Below are positions 36,153-45,074 of a DNA stretch of 64,000 nt, piece after piece. Location: the IMG/VR virus record IMGVR_UViG_3300035093_000027, one strand, 5' to 3'. Made by a program: the position numbers and the translations under genes. A model generated the notes under the pieces. The model ran no database searches and was not told where the DNA came from. It saw nothing but the letters and a program-made list of their open reading frames with translations. Each line of letters begins with the position of its first letter. Position 1 is the first letter of the stretch. This stretch comes from an uncultured virus (IMG/VR IMGVR_UViG_3300035093_000027). Its lineage: Duplodnaviria; Heunggongvirae; Uroviricota; Caudoviricetes.

Positions 36153-39121
36153 CGCTTGCGCATCGCGCGAGCAAGCGTGGCGGCAATGGACGCCATCGGA
36201 TCACCGGAGATCGCGGCCGCGAGCTCGGCTACGACATCGTAGGCGAGATCGTCGAGATCCTCTTCGGTCTGCTCGTCGATCGACGCGTCGTCGGCCTCGA
36301 GTTGGGCGATCTCCGCCTCGAGCTGCTGCAGCGGCGTGGGCGGTGGAGGCGTCTGCGGTGGCATCGGCCAGTAGCCACCTGGCCCTCCCTGCCCACGACG
36401 AGGTCGTGTCGGCGTGGGCGGTGGAGGAGGAGGAGGAGGCGGCGGCGGCGTTGAAGGGGTGACGATCCCGACCGAGATCATCGTGGGAAGCGGAAGCGAG
36501 ACGTCGAAGATCCCGAAGGTGCCCAAGCCACCAAGCGCGTCGAGTACCGGCAGCGGCAGCGTGATCGCGAAGTCGCCGGCAGCGACGTGCTGTCCGGTCG
36601 CATCGAGCACGGGCAGCGGCAGGGTGCTCGCAAAGTCGCCTTGGTGTTCGACGGCCGCAGTCGCATCGAAGACGACGACGGGCAGGATCGTGGCGAAGGT
36701 GCCTTCGTGCTCGACCGATCCGGACGCATCGAGCACAGGCAGCGGAAGCGTGGTCGCGAACGTGCCTTGCAGCGTGCCTTCGCCTGCGGCCGCCATCGTC
36801 GGCACGGGCAGGGTCGTCGCGAAGGTGCCGACCTCGGCCCGCTGGCCTGCGGAGGCCATGGTGGGGACGGGCAGGGTCGTCGCGAAGGTGCCCTCGTGCT
36901 CGAAGATCCCCTGCGCGTCGAGAAGAGGAACCGGCAGCGTCGTCGCGAAGGTGCCCTCGTGCTCCGCGGTGCCGGCGGCGTCGAGCACGGGCAGGGGCAG
37001 GGAGCTCGCGAAGACGCCCTGCGGGGTGACGTCACCAGCGGCATCGAGCACAGGCAGCGGCAGCGTGGCGGCGAAGATCCCCTCGAACTCGACGACGCCT
37101 GAGGCATCGAGGACGGGAAGGGGCAACGTCGTCGCGAAGTCGCCGACCTCGGCGCGTTGTCCCGCGGCGGCCATGGTCGGCACCGGCAGCGTGGTGGCAA
37201 AGACGCCCTCGTGCTCGACGACGCCCGTCGCCGCGAGCACCGGCACGGGCAGCGAGCTCGCGAAGGTGCCCAGCTCGACGCGCTGACCCGCAGCCGCCAT
37301 CGTCGGCACCGGCAACGCCGCGGCGAACGTGCTGACCTCTGCGCGTTGTCCCGCGGCAGCCATCGTAGGTACCGGCAGGGTCGTCGCGAAGGCTCCCTCA
37401 TGCTCGACGGAGCCTGCCGCCGCGAGTACGACGACCGGCAGCGTGGTGGCAAAGACGCCCTCGTGCTCGACGGAGCCTGCGGCGACCATCGTCGGCACCG
37501 GCAGCGGGCTCGCGAACGCCCCCGTGTGCTCGACGACGCCTGTCGCCGCGAGTACGGGCACCGGCAGCGTCGTCGCAAATGCTCCCGCGTGCTCGGCTAA
37601 CCCAGATGCGGCCATGGTCGGCACGGGTAGCGAGCTCGCGAACGTTCCGGCCTCTTCGCGCTGTCCCGCAGCCGCCATCGTCGGCACCGGCAGCGGGCTC
37701 GCGAACGCCCCCGTGTGCTCGGACGTGCCCGATGCCGCCATCGTCGGGATCGGCAAGCTCGAGGCAAAGTCTCCGGTCGTTTCGCCAGCGTTGGTCGCCA
37801 AGCGGATCGACAGGATCGCCATGTCGCCATCGTCGGTTCGCACGCATGCGTTGCCAAACTCGGCACCTCCTCCTGCTCCCGACGCTCCCGGGCCGGTGGC
37901 GAGCAGGATTTCGACGAGCGTCGACGTGGCGACCGCCGGGATCACGAACATGCCGAAGGTGTGCGGCATGTCGCCGCCGGCACCGAGATCAGCGACGGTG
38001 ACGGAGCACGTGTAGCCGTCAGGTGGTTGCGCGTCCGAACCCGGATACGAGAACTGTCCTCGAGCCCACCATGTGAGCTGCTGCTGGTAGTCGGTGAGAA
38101 CGAGGAAGTCGCGGGCCGCAGGCGGATCCAGCGTGACTGACATCGCTGGGGTGGCCGAGTTGGTGCCGACGATCGTGACGCCCGTAGAGTCGACGTCGGC
38201 TTGGATGTCGTCGTCCTCGATCTGGGCGGCCTCGAGCGCGTGCAGACGGATCCGGCGGAATCCGTAGTTGCCGTTGGAACTCGTGCCGTTGCCTTGGATC
38301 GCGAACGAGTACGAGACCCCAGAGCTCAGCGTGAAGCGCCGCGCGACGAAGTAGCCGTGGACCTGGTTGAGCTGCGAGTCCGTCTGTTGCTGGTGGACGG
38401 TGCCCGAGACCTCGGTTCCGTCCTGCGTGAGCCGGATGTGGCAGTAGTCGGCGGTCGATCCGCCCGAGTGCACAGCCTCAGCGGACGCGATGATGGCGTA
38501 GTCACCCGAGCGAGTCGGCGTGAACACCAACGCGTTGCCGACAGTGGTCCAACCCGAGCTCGGCGTGGTGACGATCGTGTCGCTGTTGGCGGTCTGCTCG
38601 TGCCAGCGTCCGTCGTCCTCGACGATGTTGGTCAGATCGAGGGCGTAGGCACGACACGACGTCGCGAAGAAATCGACGTCGTCACACCAGCCCTGGAACT
38701 GCATCGTCTCGGATGGACCGGGGACGAACGCGTACGCGCAGGCGAGCTGCGAAGTGCCCGAGAGCGCGGGCGCCTGGTCGTCGTTGGCGCCGAAGCCTTG
38801 GTGGTTGGTCTCGGTGGCGACGACCGTTCCGCCGATGAGCAGGTTCAGATGCGACGATCCGTTGGTCGTCGCGCTGTGCCCCATTGCGACGACGAGGTAG
38901 GGCGCGTCCTCGGTCAGGGCAGCGGAGGCAGATCCGATGTCGGTCGGCGTCGTTGCGTCGTTGTCAATCTCGTCGACGGATAGATCGACGTGCTCGATGA
39001 TCGTCGATGGCGGTGCTGCAGTCGCACCCAGCGCGTCGACGTCGAACCATCCGATCGCTTCGGCGGTCTCGTCGAACCATGCGATCGCAACTAGCGTCTC
39101 GTCGAATGTGCCCGCCGCCAT
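36149..39121 (-). CDS. Fibre-like protein with 21 tandem 21-aa repeats, poly-Pro hinge and acidic coiled C-terminus
   Basis: Repeat xGxFA(T/S)(T/S)LP(V/L)Px(M/L)xAxGxxxx. Confidence 0.85.
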   Translation of the reverse strand: MAAGTFDETLVAIAWFDETAEAIGWFDVDALGATAAPPSTIIEHVDLSVDEIDNDATTPTDIGSASAALTEDAPYLVVAMGHSATTNGSSHLNLLIGGTVVATETNHQGFGANDDQAPALSGTSQLACAYAFVPGPSETMQFQGWCDDVDFFATSCRAYALDLTNIVEDDGRWHEQTANSDTIVTTPSSGWTTVGNALVFTPTRSGDYAIIASAEAVHSGGSTADYCHIRLTQDGTEVSGTVHQQQTDSQLNQVHGYFVARRFTLSSGVSYSFAIQGNGTSSNGNYGFRRIRLHALEAAQIEDDDIQADVDSTGVTIVGTNSATPAMSVTLDPPAARDFLVLTDYQQQLTWWARGQFSYPGSDAQPPDGYTCSVTVADLGAGGDMPHTFGMFVIPAVATSTLVEILLATGPGASGAGGGAEFGNACVRTDDGDMAILSIRLATNAGETTGDFASSLPIPTMAASGTSEHTGAFASPLPVPTMAAAGQREEAGTFASSLPVPTMAASGLAEHAGAFATTLPVPVLAATGVVEHTGAFASPLPVPTMVAAGSVEHEGVFATTLPVVVLAAAGSVEHEGAFATTLPVPTMAAAGQRAEVSTFAAALPVPTMAAAGQRVELGTFASSLPVPVLAATGVVEHEGVFATTLPVPTMAAAGQRAEVGDFATTLPLPVLDASGVVEFEGIFAATLPLPVLDAAGDVTPQGVFASSLPLPVLDAAGTAEHEGTFATTLPVPLLDAQGIFEHEGTFATTLPVPTMASAGQRAEVGTFATTLPVPTMAAAGEGTLQGTFATTLPLPVLDASGSVEHEGTFATILPVVVFDATAAVEHQGDFASTLPLPVLDATGQHVAAGDFAITLPLPVLDALGGLGTFGIFDVSLPLPTMISVGIVTPSTPPPPPPPPPPPTPTRPRRGQGGPGGYWPMPPQTPPPPTPLQQLEAEIAQLEADDASIDEQTEEDLDDLAYDVVAELAAAISGDPMASIAATLARAMRKR
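36455..37777 (-). repeat. 63-bp coding tandem repeat, 21 diverged copies
   Basis: Counted from the translation; exact 21-aa period with no indels. Confidence 0.9.
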
Positions 39122-39168
39122 CGCGACTCACTTCGTCAACGAACGCTGGCGTTGGTACTCTGAAAGCG

Positions 39169-39600
39169 GTGCAGACGCTTGCTGAACGGTTCTGGAAGTT
39201 CGTTCACTTCGAACCCAACACAGGGTGTTGGATATGGATCGGCGCGAGCAATCGAGAAAAACGGGGCTACGGCCTCTTCAACGTCGGCGGACAGAGATGG
39301 GTGGCCCATCGGTACGCCTACGAGCACATCGTCGGTTCTGTTCCGGAAGGAATGGAGATCGACCATGTCGTCTCGAGGGGCTGCTCGACGACGCTCTGCG
39401 TGAATCCTGCTCATCTCCAGCCTGTCACGCACGCGGAGAACATGCACAGGAGTAGCACCGTGAGTCGTACGAACTGCCCGCAAGGTCATCCGTACGACGA
39501 GACGAACACACGGATCTACCAAGGACGTCGTTACTGTCGCGCGTGTCACTACACGAGAAGCATCGAACGGAATCGTCGACTGGCGCGGCTCACCAAGTAA
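39169..39600 (+). CDS. HNH homing endonuclease, antisense within the structural operon
   Basis: RFWKFV, GCWIWIG, AHRYAY, IDH..C....CVNPAHL..VTHAEN, CPQGH, CRAC; TACTCT 7 nt before GTG. Confidence 0.92.
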   Translation: MQTLAERFWKFVHFEPNTGCWIWIGASNREKRGYGLFNVGGQRWVAHRYAYEHIVGSVPEGMEIDHVVSRGCSTTLCVNPAHLQPVTHAENMHRSSTVSRTNCPQGHPYDETNTRIYQGRRYCRACHYTRSIERNRRLARLTK

Positions 39601-40900
39601 AGACATAGATCGCCCCGTTGCCGCCCACGCCACTGGCACCACCGGCGTTGGTATTGCTGCCCACGCCGCCACCACCACCACCACCACCAGGATCACCGCC
39701 ATTGCCGCCCGCTGCGCCAGTCGTGTTGGCGGTGATCGTTCCACCACCACCACCACCACCGGCGCCGGCTCGGCGAGAGTCGCCCGAGGCACCAGCCGTA
39801 CCGTTGGTCGGAGCAGCACCGCTCGCGCCCGCCGCACCGCCGGTGCCAGCCGTGATCGTGCCGGAGTTTCCGCCAGCGGTCGCATTGACCGTCGCGGGTG
39901 TGACGGTCGCACCGCCACCACATCCACCACCTCCGCCGCCGAAGAGCGAGCCTCCGCCGGTACCGTTGGCGGGGACGTTCGTGTGGCCGCCACCGCCAGC
40001 GCCGCCGCGCTCGGCATGGCCGCCCGGAGATCCGTTCGCTCCACCGATCGCACCGGTGCCGCCTGTGGATGTCAGCGAGCCTGTGCCCGGACCACCGCCG
40101 GCACCGCCAGCAGTTGTGCCCACGGCACCCGCGGCGCCCGTGCCCCCGCCCCCTCCACCGCCGCCGGCAGAGGCTGCGTTGTCGCCGAGTTGTCCACCGC
40201 CGCCGCCATAGCCGATGAGCACCGTACTGCCGAACGTCGAACTTCCACCGATCCCGCCGGCAGTGCCGTCGGCTCCCGACGCACCCGCGCCGCCTGCCGT
40301 GCCGCCCGTCCCGACCGCTGTCGCTTCGGTGCTACCGAGGTCGAGCGCGTTGAAGATCTTCTCGGAGTACGATCCGCCACCGCCGCCGCATCCACCCGTG
40401 CGCACCACGGCGCCCGTCTGTGATGCACCGCCACCGCCACCGCCACCGGCTCCGATGCACACGACACGCACGAAGCTCGGTGTGAAGTTCGTCGGCTTGG
40501 TCCATGTTCCGGCGCCCGGTGTGGTGAACACCTGGATGTTCGTTGGACCGGTCGTGCCGTAGTACGTGAAGCCGTTGCCGTCGACGTACTGCAGTTCCTC
40601 GCTCGCGAGGAGCAGTTGCTGGTGAAGCTGCGGGACGTTCGTTCCATCGCTGTGGATGACGGTGACAAGGCACGACAGCGTCGCGTGACGGTTGCGGATG
40701 AACAGCGCCTTGACGTTGCGGATCGTCGACGCTCCTGGCGACGCCACGACCGTCGTCGTCGTCGCGCTCGAGATGAGCGTGTCGGTCCGCCCCGGCGTGA
40801 CCGTGGTGCCGTTGAGATCGACCCACGACGCATGCACGTCTACGGTAGCCGTGCTGTCGGTGATGATCCGGAGCAGATCTGTGCTGGCGAGGTTGATCAT
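39590..40900 (-). CDS. Glycine-rich tail-fibre-like protein
   Basis: QVFTTPGAGTWTKP..VRVVCIGAGGGGG...GGNGAIYVFTW. Confidence 0.85.
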   Translation of the reverse strand: MINLASTDLLRIITDSTATVDVHASWVDLNGTTVTPGRTDTLISSATTTTVVASPGASTIRNVKALFIRNRHATLSCLVTVIHSDGTNVPQLHQQLLLASEELQYVDGNGFTYYGTTGPTNIQVFTTPGAGTWTKPTNFTPSFVRVVCIGAGGGGGGGASQTGAVVRTGGCGGGGGSYSEKIFNALDLGSTEATAVGTGGTAGGAGASGADGTAGGIGGSSTFGSTVLIGYGGGGGQLGDNAASAGGGGGGGGTGAAGAVGTTAGGAGGGPGTGSLTSTGGTGAIGGANGSPGGHAERGGAGGGGHTNVPANGTGGGSLFGGGGGGCGGGATVTPATVNATAGGNSGTITAGTGGAAGASGAAPTNGTAGASGDSRRAGAGGGGGGGTITANTTGAAGGNGGDPGGGGGGGGVGSNTNAGGASGVGGNGAIYVFTW

Positions 40901-40913
40901 GATGGCAGCAGGC

Positions 40914-41279
40914 CTATTTCTTGATCATCGCTTGCATGGTGGAGAAGGCGCGGTCGAGGTCCGCCTCTGTCCTGGCAGCGAAGGCGAACTGTCCTCGGAT
41001 CGTCCTCGGATCGGTCTTGATGCTTTGGACGAGACGTTCCAGGTGCTCGACCGTCAGAGGCTTGCCCTGTCGGCGGAACTCGTCGCACGCATGACAGAGC
41101 ACGTCGACCAGCGGGATCTCGACGGTCACCTCGGTCGCGGGGTCGAGCGCGAGCAGGAGCTCGCGGCAGATCTGCGCGGCTGTGCCGTTGCCGCCTTGCT
41201 CGGCGATCGCACCGAGCCACGCCAGCGACTGATGCAGGTTGACGCCGAGCGGGAGCTTGCGATGGATCTCGTTGGACAT
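40914..41279 (-). CDS. Hypothetical protein
   Basis: Fits the operon between two structural-type genes. Confidence 0.6.
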   Translation of the reverse strand: MSNEIHRKLPLGVNLHQSLAWLGAIAEQGGNGTAAQICRELLLALDPATEVTVEIPLVDVLCHACDEFRRQGKPLTVEHLERLVQSIKTDPRTIRGQFAFAARTEADLDRAFSTMQAMIKK

Positions 41280-41280
41280 G

Positions 41281-41676
41281 TCAGCTCGCCGGCATCGTGA
41301 CCGTCGCGCTAGAAATCCCGATACGATCGCCAGCCGTCACGGCCAACGTGTTGAGCTGAAGGTCACCACCACCGCCGGTCGCGGTGATCGTGAACTCGGC
41401 GACCGTCGTGTTGTCGCGGTTGCGAAGACGTCCGACGGCCGCGGTGCCGGTGTTGTTGGCCGAGACGTCGTCGGAGATGGCATTGGCCGTCGCGACGCCG
41501 ACCGCTGCAGCGCCGAAGGCGGGGTTGCTGAAGTTGTTCTCGAACAGCAGTGAAGCGAACGCGGCGGAGTAGCCCGCCAGATCGCCGGTGGCATCGGTGG
41601 TACCTACGTCGATGGCGTCGACGAACACATCCGCCATCCCGTTGCGCACCGTGGTCGCGATGTTGTTGATGGCCAT
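41281..41676 (-). CDS. Conserved small phage virion-type protein
   Basis: VRNGMAD...NPAFGAA...GTAAVGRL...GGGGDLQLNT...ISSATVT pattern. Confidence 0.75.
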   Translation of the reverse strand: MAINNIATTVRNGMADVFVDAIDVGTTDATGDLAGYSAAFASLLFENNFSNPAFGAAAVGVATANAISDDVSANNTGTAAVGRLRNRDNTTVAEFTITATGGGGDLQLNTLAVTAGDRIGISSATVTMPAS

Positions 41677-41682
41677 GCGGCC

Positions 41683-41695
41683 GGACCCTACCAGC
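41683..41695 (-). promoter_or_regulatory. Conserved promoter motif GCTGGTAGGGTCC, leaderless
   Basis: TAGGGT ends 8 nt before ATG 41676. Confidence 0.75.
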
Positions 41696-41826
41696 GAAGC
41701 TCGAAACCCGCCCGGACGGCCTTCGAGGGGCCCTGCTGCCGCCCGAGATCGGCGCGTTGTGACCCCCTGCGCGCGGGTGACGAATCGGGATTCCCCGAGG
41801 GAGCGGCATGCGCACCTTGGACGGCC

Positions 41827-42027
41827 TCACGGCGCGAGTTTGCGGACGGCATCGAGCGCATCACGGCTCAGCTTGGATCGGTCGGTCAGCGACGCGCGTA
41901 CGATGAGCTCGTGGCGCGCCACGTGCCCTTCCACCACGCTGAAGTACTCGACGAGGACCACGATCCCCACGGCGCCATCCAAGCTCTCGAGCGCAGCATC
42001 GAGAGCTTCGTGGAGCTCTCGTCGCAT
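41827..42027 (-). CDS. Hypothetical protein
   Basis: Starts 1 nt after the upstream stop. Confidence 0.45.
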   Translation of the reverse strand: MRRELHEALDAALESLDGAVGIVVLVEYFSVVEGHVARHELIVRASLTDRSKLSRDALDAVRKLAP

Positions 42028-42028
42028 C

Positions 42029-42364
42029 TCAGCGTCCTTGGCCACGGAGCCTCGCACGCCGCACGCCATTGGCACGGCACATCGCCTTCAGCGTCGGATA
42101 GAGCGCGTGGCCGCCATCGGTGACGACGGGCTGCCCGTCCTTCATGCGCCACTCAGCACCGTTGCGCGGGGTCCTACTCGGCGTACGGCGCAGCTTGCCG
42201 AGATCTTCGAGCTCGACGAGGCACGTGTTGGCCTTGGTCCGCGAGGTCGTGCTCTTCTTACCGTCCCCGCCGAACAGCTTGATCGCGATGTCCTTCGCGG
42301 TGCAGTGAGGGTTCTCGGCCACGAACTCCAGCACCTTCGCGATCTCCTCGGCGTGTTTGCTCAT
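42029..42364 (-). CDS. Winged-HTH DNA-binding protein
   Basis: VLEFVAENPHCTAKDIAIKL...LVELEDLGKL. Confidence 0.6.
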   Translation of the reverse strand: MSKHAEEIAKVLEFVAENPHCTAKDIAIKLFGGDGKKSTTSRTKANTCLVELEDLGKLRRTPSRTPRNGAEWRMKDGQPVVTDGGHALYPTLKAMCRANGVRRARLRGQGR

Positions 42365-42656
42365 GGGCATCTTTGGTGTCCGCAGCTCCTCGCCGCGTCC
42401 TGTCACCCGTGCGTACGTGCGTTTGGCCGCTGGCCTTCCAGCTCGGCTCACGCTCGCTTGACGGGGTGAGATCACCATGGCATGGTCGCAATCCGTTCGG
42501 CAAGGTCGAAAGACCGAACCGAATGGAATGGACCGATGGGCTCGATCGTCGAGCCATCACAAGGACGCGGCGAGGAGCTGCGGACAACGAAGAGGATCCG
42601 ATGAGCGGGAATGAACCCAGCACGAGGTCGGCGTGATCACGGACGAACGTGATTCG

Positions 42657-43202
42657 ATGACACAGGCCACCGCCACGAGTCCATGGGATCCGCCGCGCGA
42701 GATGCTCGGATGCTGCGTCGATCGGCCCCACCCCAAGGGCTGCGAGATCCACACCTGCATGCACCTGCCCGACGCCAAGACCTGCGGCGACTGCGTGCAT
42801 CACAGCAAGTGCACCACCATGTTCGGGGCGCACTCCGAGGACACAGCGTGCCAGTTCTTCCCGCGGAGGTTCATCCGCGTGACCGATCCGCGGATCGACA
42901 AGATCGCACGCGCGCTGGTCCCGTTGAGCAAGTCGCAACGACGTCGCGTCATGGCGATGCTCGACACGCCAGCGGTGTGGGGCTGGGCGGCCAACGAGCA
43001 CGCCAAGCTCGAGCGTACCGGCATCGTCGCACGGTGGATCCAGGCCAACGGCATGACCCGTGCCTCGCTGACCGAGGACGGCTACTACGTCGCGTGGATC
43101 CTCAAAGAGGGCGTGCCGCCCACGTTCGACGGGATCAAGGTGCTCGCGCAGACGCTCTTGCGCGAGCGTCCGTTCCTGCCCGGGGAGTTGATCCATGCAT
43201 GA
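42657..43202 (+). CDS. Hypothetical Cys-rich protein
   Basis: LPDAKTCGDCVH..C...C.FFPRRF. Confidence 0.6.
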   Translation: MTQATATSPWDPPREMLGCCVDRPHPKGCEIHTCMHLPDAKTCGDCVHHSKCTTMFGAHSEDTACQFFPRRFIRVTDPRIDKIARALVPLSKSQRRRVMAMLDTPAVWGWAANEHAKLERTGIVARWIQANGMTRASLTEDGYYVAWILKEGVPPTFDGIKVLAQTLLRERPFLPGELIHA

Positions 43203-43581
43203 TGACTGCCCATGGTCGCACGCCACACGGGGGCCGTGCGTGCTCGCGAACCATCACGACGAGCCCCATCGGTTCCGCGACGAGCCGATTCCAATCCGTT
43301 CGGAGCGGGCCGCGGGCGCGCTCGCGCGCGTGAAGGCGGCCCTCGATACGGCGATCCACGCCTTCCAAGACGCACGTGCAGTGGCATCCGAAGAGGGCAC
43401 GCCGCTGCCTGAGTCGATCGACGACGACATCATGACCGCGCTGGTCAGAGCGGACACGCTCGTGCGGACCCAGGCCTCGCTGCGAAGGGCCAAGGAGAGC
43501 CACGACGCGGTCGTTCGACCGAAGCGTCCCGCATTAGGACTCAAACTACGCGTCCATGCGCGCGATGGTGAAAGCACATGA
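43195..43581 (+). CDS. Hypothetical protein
   Basis: Overlapping starts and stops within the operon. Confidence 0.55.
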   Translation: MHDDCPWSHATRGPCVLANHHDEPHRFRDEPIPIRSERAAGALARVKAALDTAIHAFQDARAVASEEGTPLPESIDDDIMTALVRADTLVRTQASLRRAKESHDAVVRPKRPALGLKLRVHARDGEST

Positions 43582-44006
43582 CCCACGAGATCACGCCTGA
43601 AGTCTCCGAGTACTCCCGCGCCGAGATCATGGCGATCTGCGAGCGTAAGAACGCGATCACCGAGCGGCTCCGCAGCGTGGATCCGGTGGCCGCGCTCGAG
43701 GCTCCGGAGACTGTGGATCCCGATGTCTTCTGGGCCGCGCTGGCGCTGGCGGCCGGCCGCAAGGATCTGTTCGACGGCCTCGCGCACGTGCGCATGTTCC
43801 ACGAGGCGACGCCCGTGCGTGTTGACGCGCTCGCGTGTCTACTCGCCGCCGATCCGGTGCTCGTCGCCGAGTTGGGCGTGCGCGTGGATGCGGCGATCGC
43901 CGAGCGCCGGCACGACGAGGTGTTCCTGGTGTGGGCCCACGCATGCGTCGACGACGACACGTGGGAGCTTCTGCGGGTCGCTCGTCACCAACTCGGATCG
44001 CGCTGA
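43578..44006 (+). CDS. Hypothetical protein
   Basis: ATGA overlap. Confidence 0.6.
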   Translation: MTHEITPEVSEYSRAEIMAICERKNAITERLRSVDPVAALEAPETVDPDVFWAALALAAGRKDLFDGLAHVRMFHEATPVRVDALACLLAADPVLVAELGVRVDAAIAERRHDEVFLVWAHACVDDDTWELLRVARHQLGSR

Positions 44007-44019
44007 CGAAAGGAAGAGG

Positions 44020-44625
44020 ATGCCGACCGGATACACAGCCAAGGTGCTGCAAGGGTGCTCGTTTCAAGAGTTCGTGTGGTCGTGCATCCGCGCGTTTATC
44101 GAAGAGGCTCGTGAGAGCGACGGTCCGATCCCGCTCGTCTACGAGCAGACCGAGCGCATCGCACTCGCCGAGGCGGAGATCGCATCTTGTCAGGCGGAGA
44201 TCGATCGCGTAGCGACGCTTAGCGATGAAGAGATCCTCGTGCTGCTCGCGAAGCGTCGTGCTGATCGACAACGACAGCACCGCGCGTACCAGGAGGCCAG
44301 CGCGCGCGAGAACGATCAACTGCAGACCATGCTCGTTCAGGTACAGCAGTGGTCGCCGCCTGCGACGATCCTCGGCCTCAAGAGCTTCATGATCCAGCAG
44401 ATCGAGATCACGATGAATCACCCCTATCCATGGGATGAGACCGTCGGATCCGACGCGCAGGAGATCGAGAGGTATCGACGAGAGGCCGCGAGTCGACTGC
44501 AGTCCGCGCGCGAGCACCTCGAGACGATCCGTCGCGCCGACGCACACCGCAACGAGATCGTCGCGGCACTCGCCGCCAGTGTGCCACCGCCCGAGGACAC
44601 GTCGTGGCGCCGAGGGGATACGTGA
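44020..44625 (+). CDS. Phage-type hypothetical coiled-coil protein (MPTGYTA N-terminus)
   Basis: AGGA RBS; MPTGYTAKV..SFQEFVWSCIRAF, W.PP....GLK.FMIQQI. Confidence 0.7.
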   Translation: MPTGYTAKVLQGCSFQEFVWSCIRAFIEEARESDGPIPLVYEQTERIALAEAEIASCQAEIDRVATLSDEEILVLLAKRRADRQRQHRAYQEASARENDQLQTMLVQVQQWSPPATILGLKSFMIQQIEITMNHPYPWDETVGSDAQEIERYRREAASRLQSAREHLETIRRADAHRNEIVAALAASVPPPEDTSWRRGDT

Positions 44626-45074
44626 TGAGGCTCTTCTCCATGGAGATCCTGCGTACGGTGCTCGGGGTGAAGGACGGCGAGTCCAATACGGTCATCCTCG
44701 ACAAGATCCGCGATCTGCAGGACTGCAATCCGTGCCAATCCTGCGGGGCCAAGCCCAACGTCACGCCGCCGACCGGTCAAGAACTGCCGATCGTCCGTGG
44801 AGCGCTCGACGCCCAATACGCGGCCGAGCGCGAGGCGTTCGAGCTGAAGCAGAAGGTCGCACGGATGGAGGCGGATCGGGAGGCCAGGTGTGTCGCGTCT
44901 GATCGTATTCACGACGCCCTGCGAGCCGCAGGCGTGTCGCCGGACGCCGATGGCGTGCGCGAGTTGGTTACGCGTGCCACCGGCGACTGCACGGCGGACG
45001 GCAAGCGCCGCGCCTTCATCCCTGGAGAGGGATGGATCGTGTTGTCCGAGCGGAAAGCATGGGACGATGTCTGA
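44625..45074 (+). CDS. Hypothetical protein
   Basis: Coupled start. Confidence 0.55.
   Translation: MRLFSMEILRTVLGVKDGESNTVILDKIRDLQDCNPCQSCGAKPNVTPPTGQELPIVRGALDAQYAAEREAFELKQKVARMEADREARCVASDRIHDALRAAGVSPDADGVRELVTRATGDCTADGKRRAFIPGEGWIVLSERKAWDDV

Noticed and set aside
36410..36450. GGA/GGC triplet run as a microsatellite switch
   Set aside because: It encodes the poly-Pro hinge in frame; triplet changes would not shift the frame.
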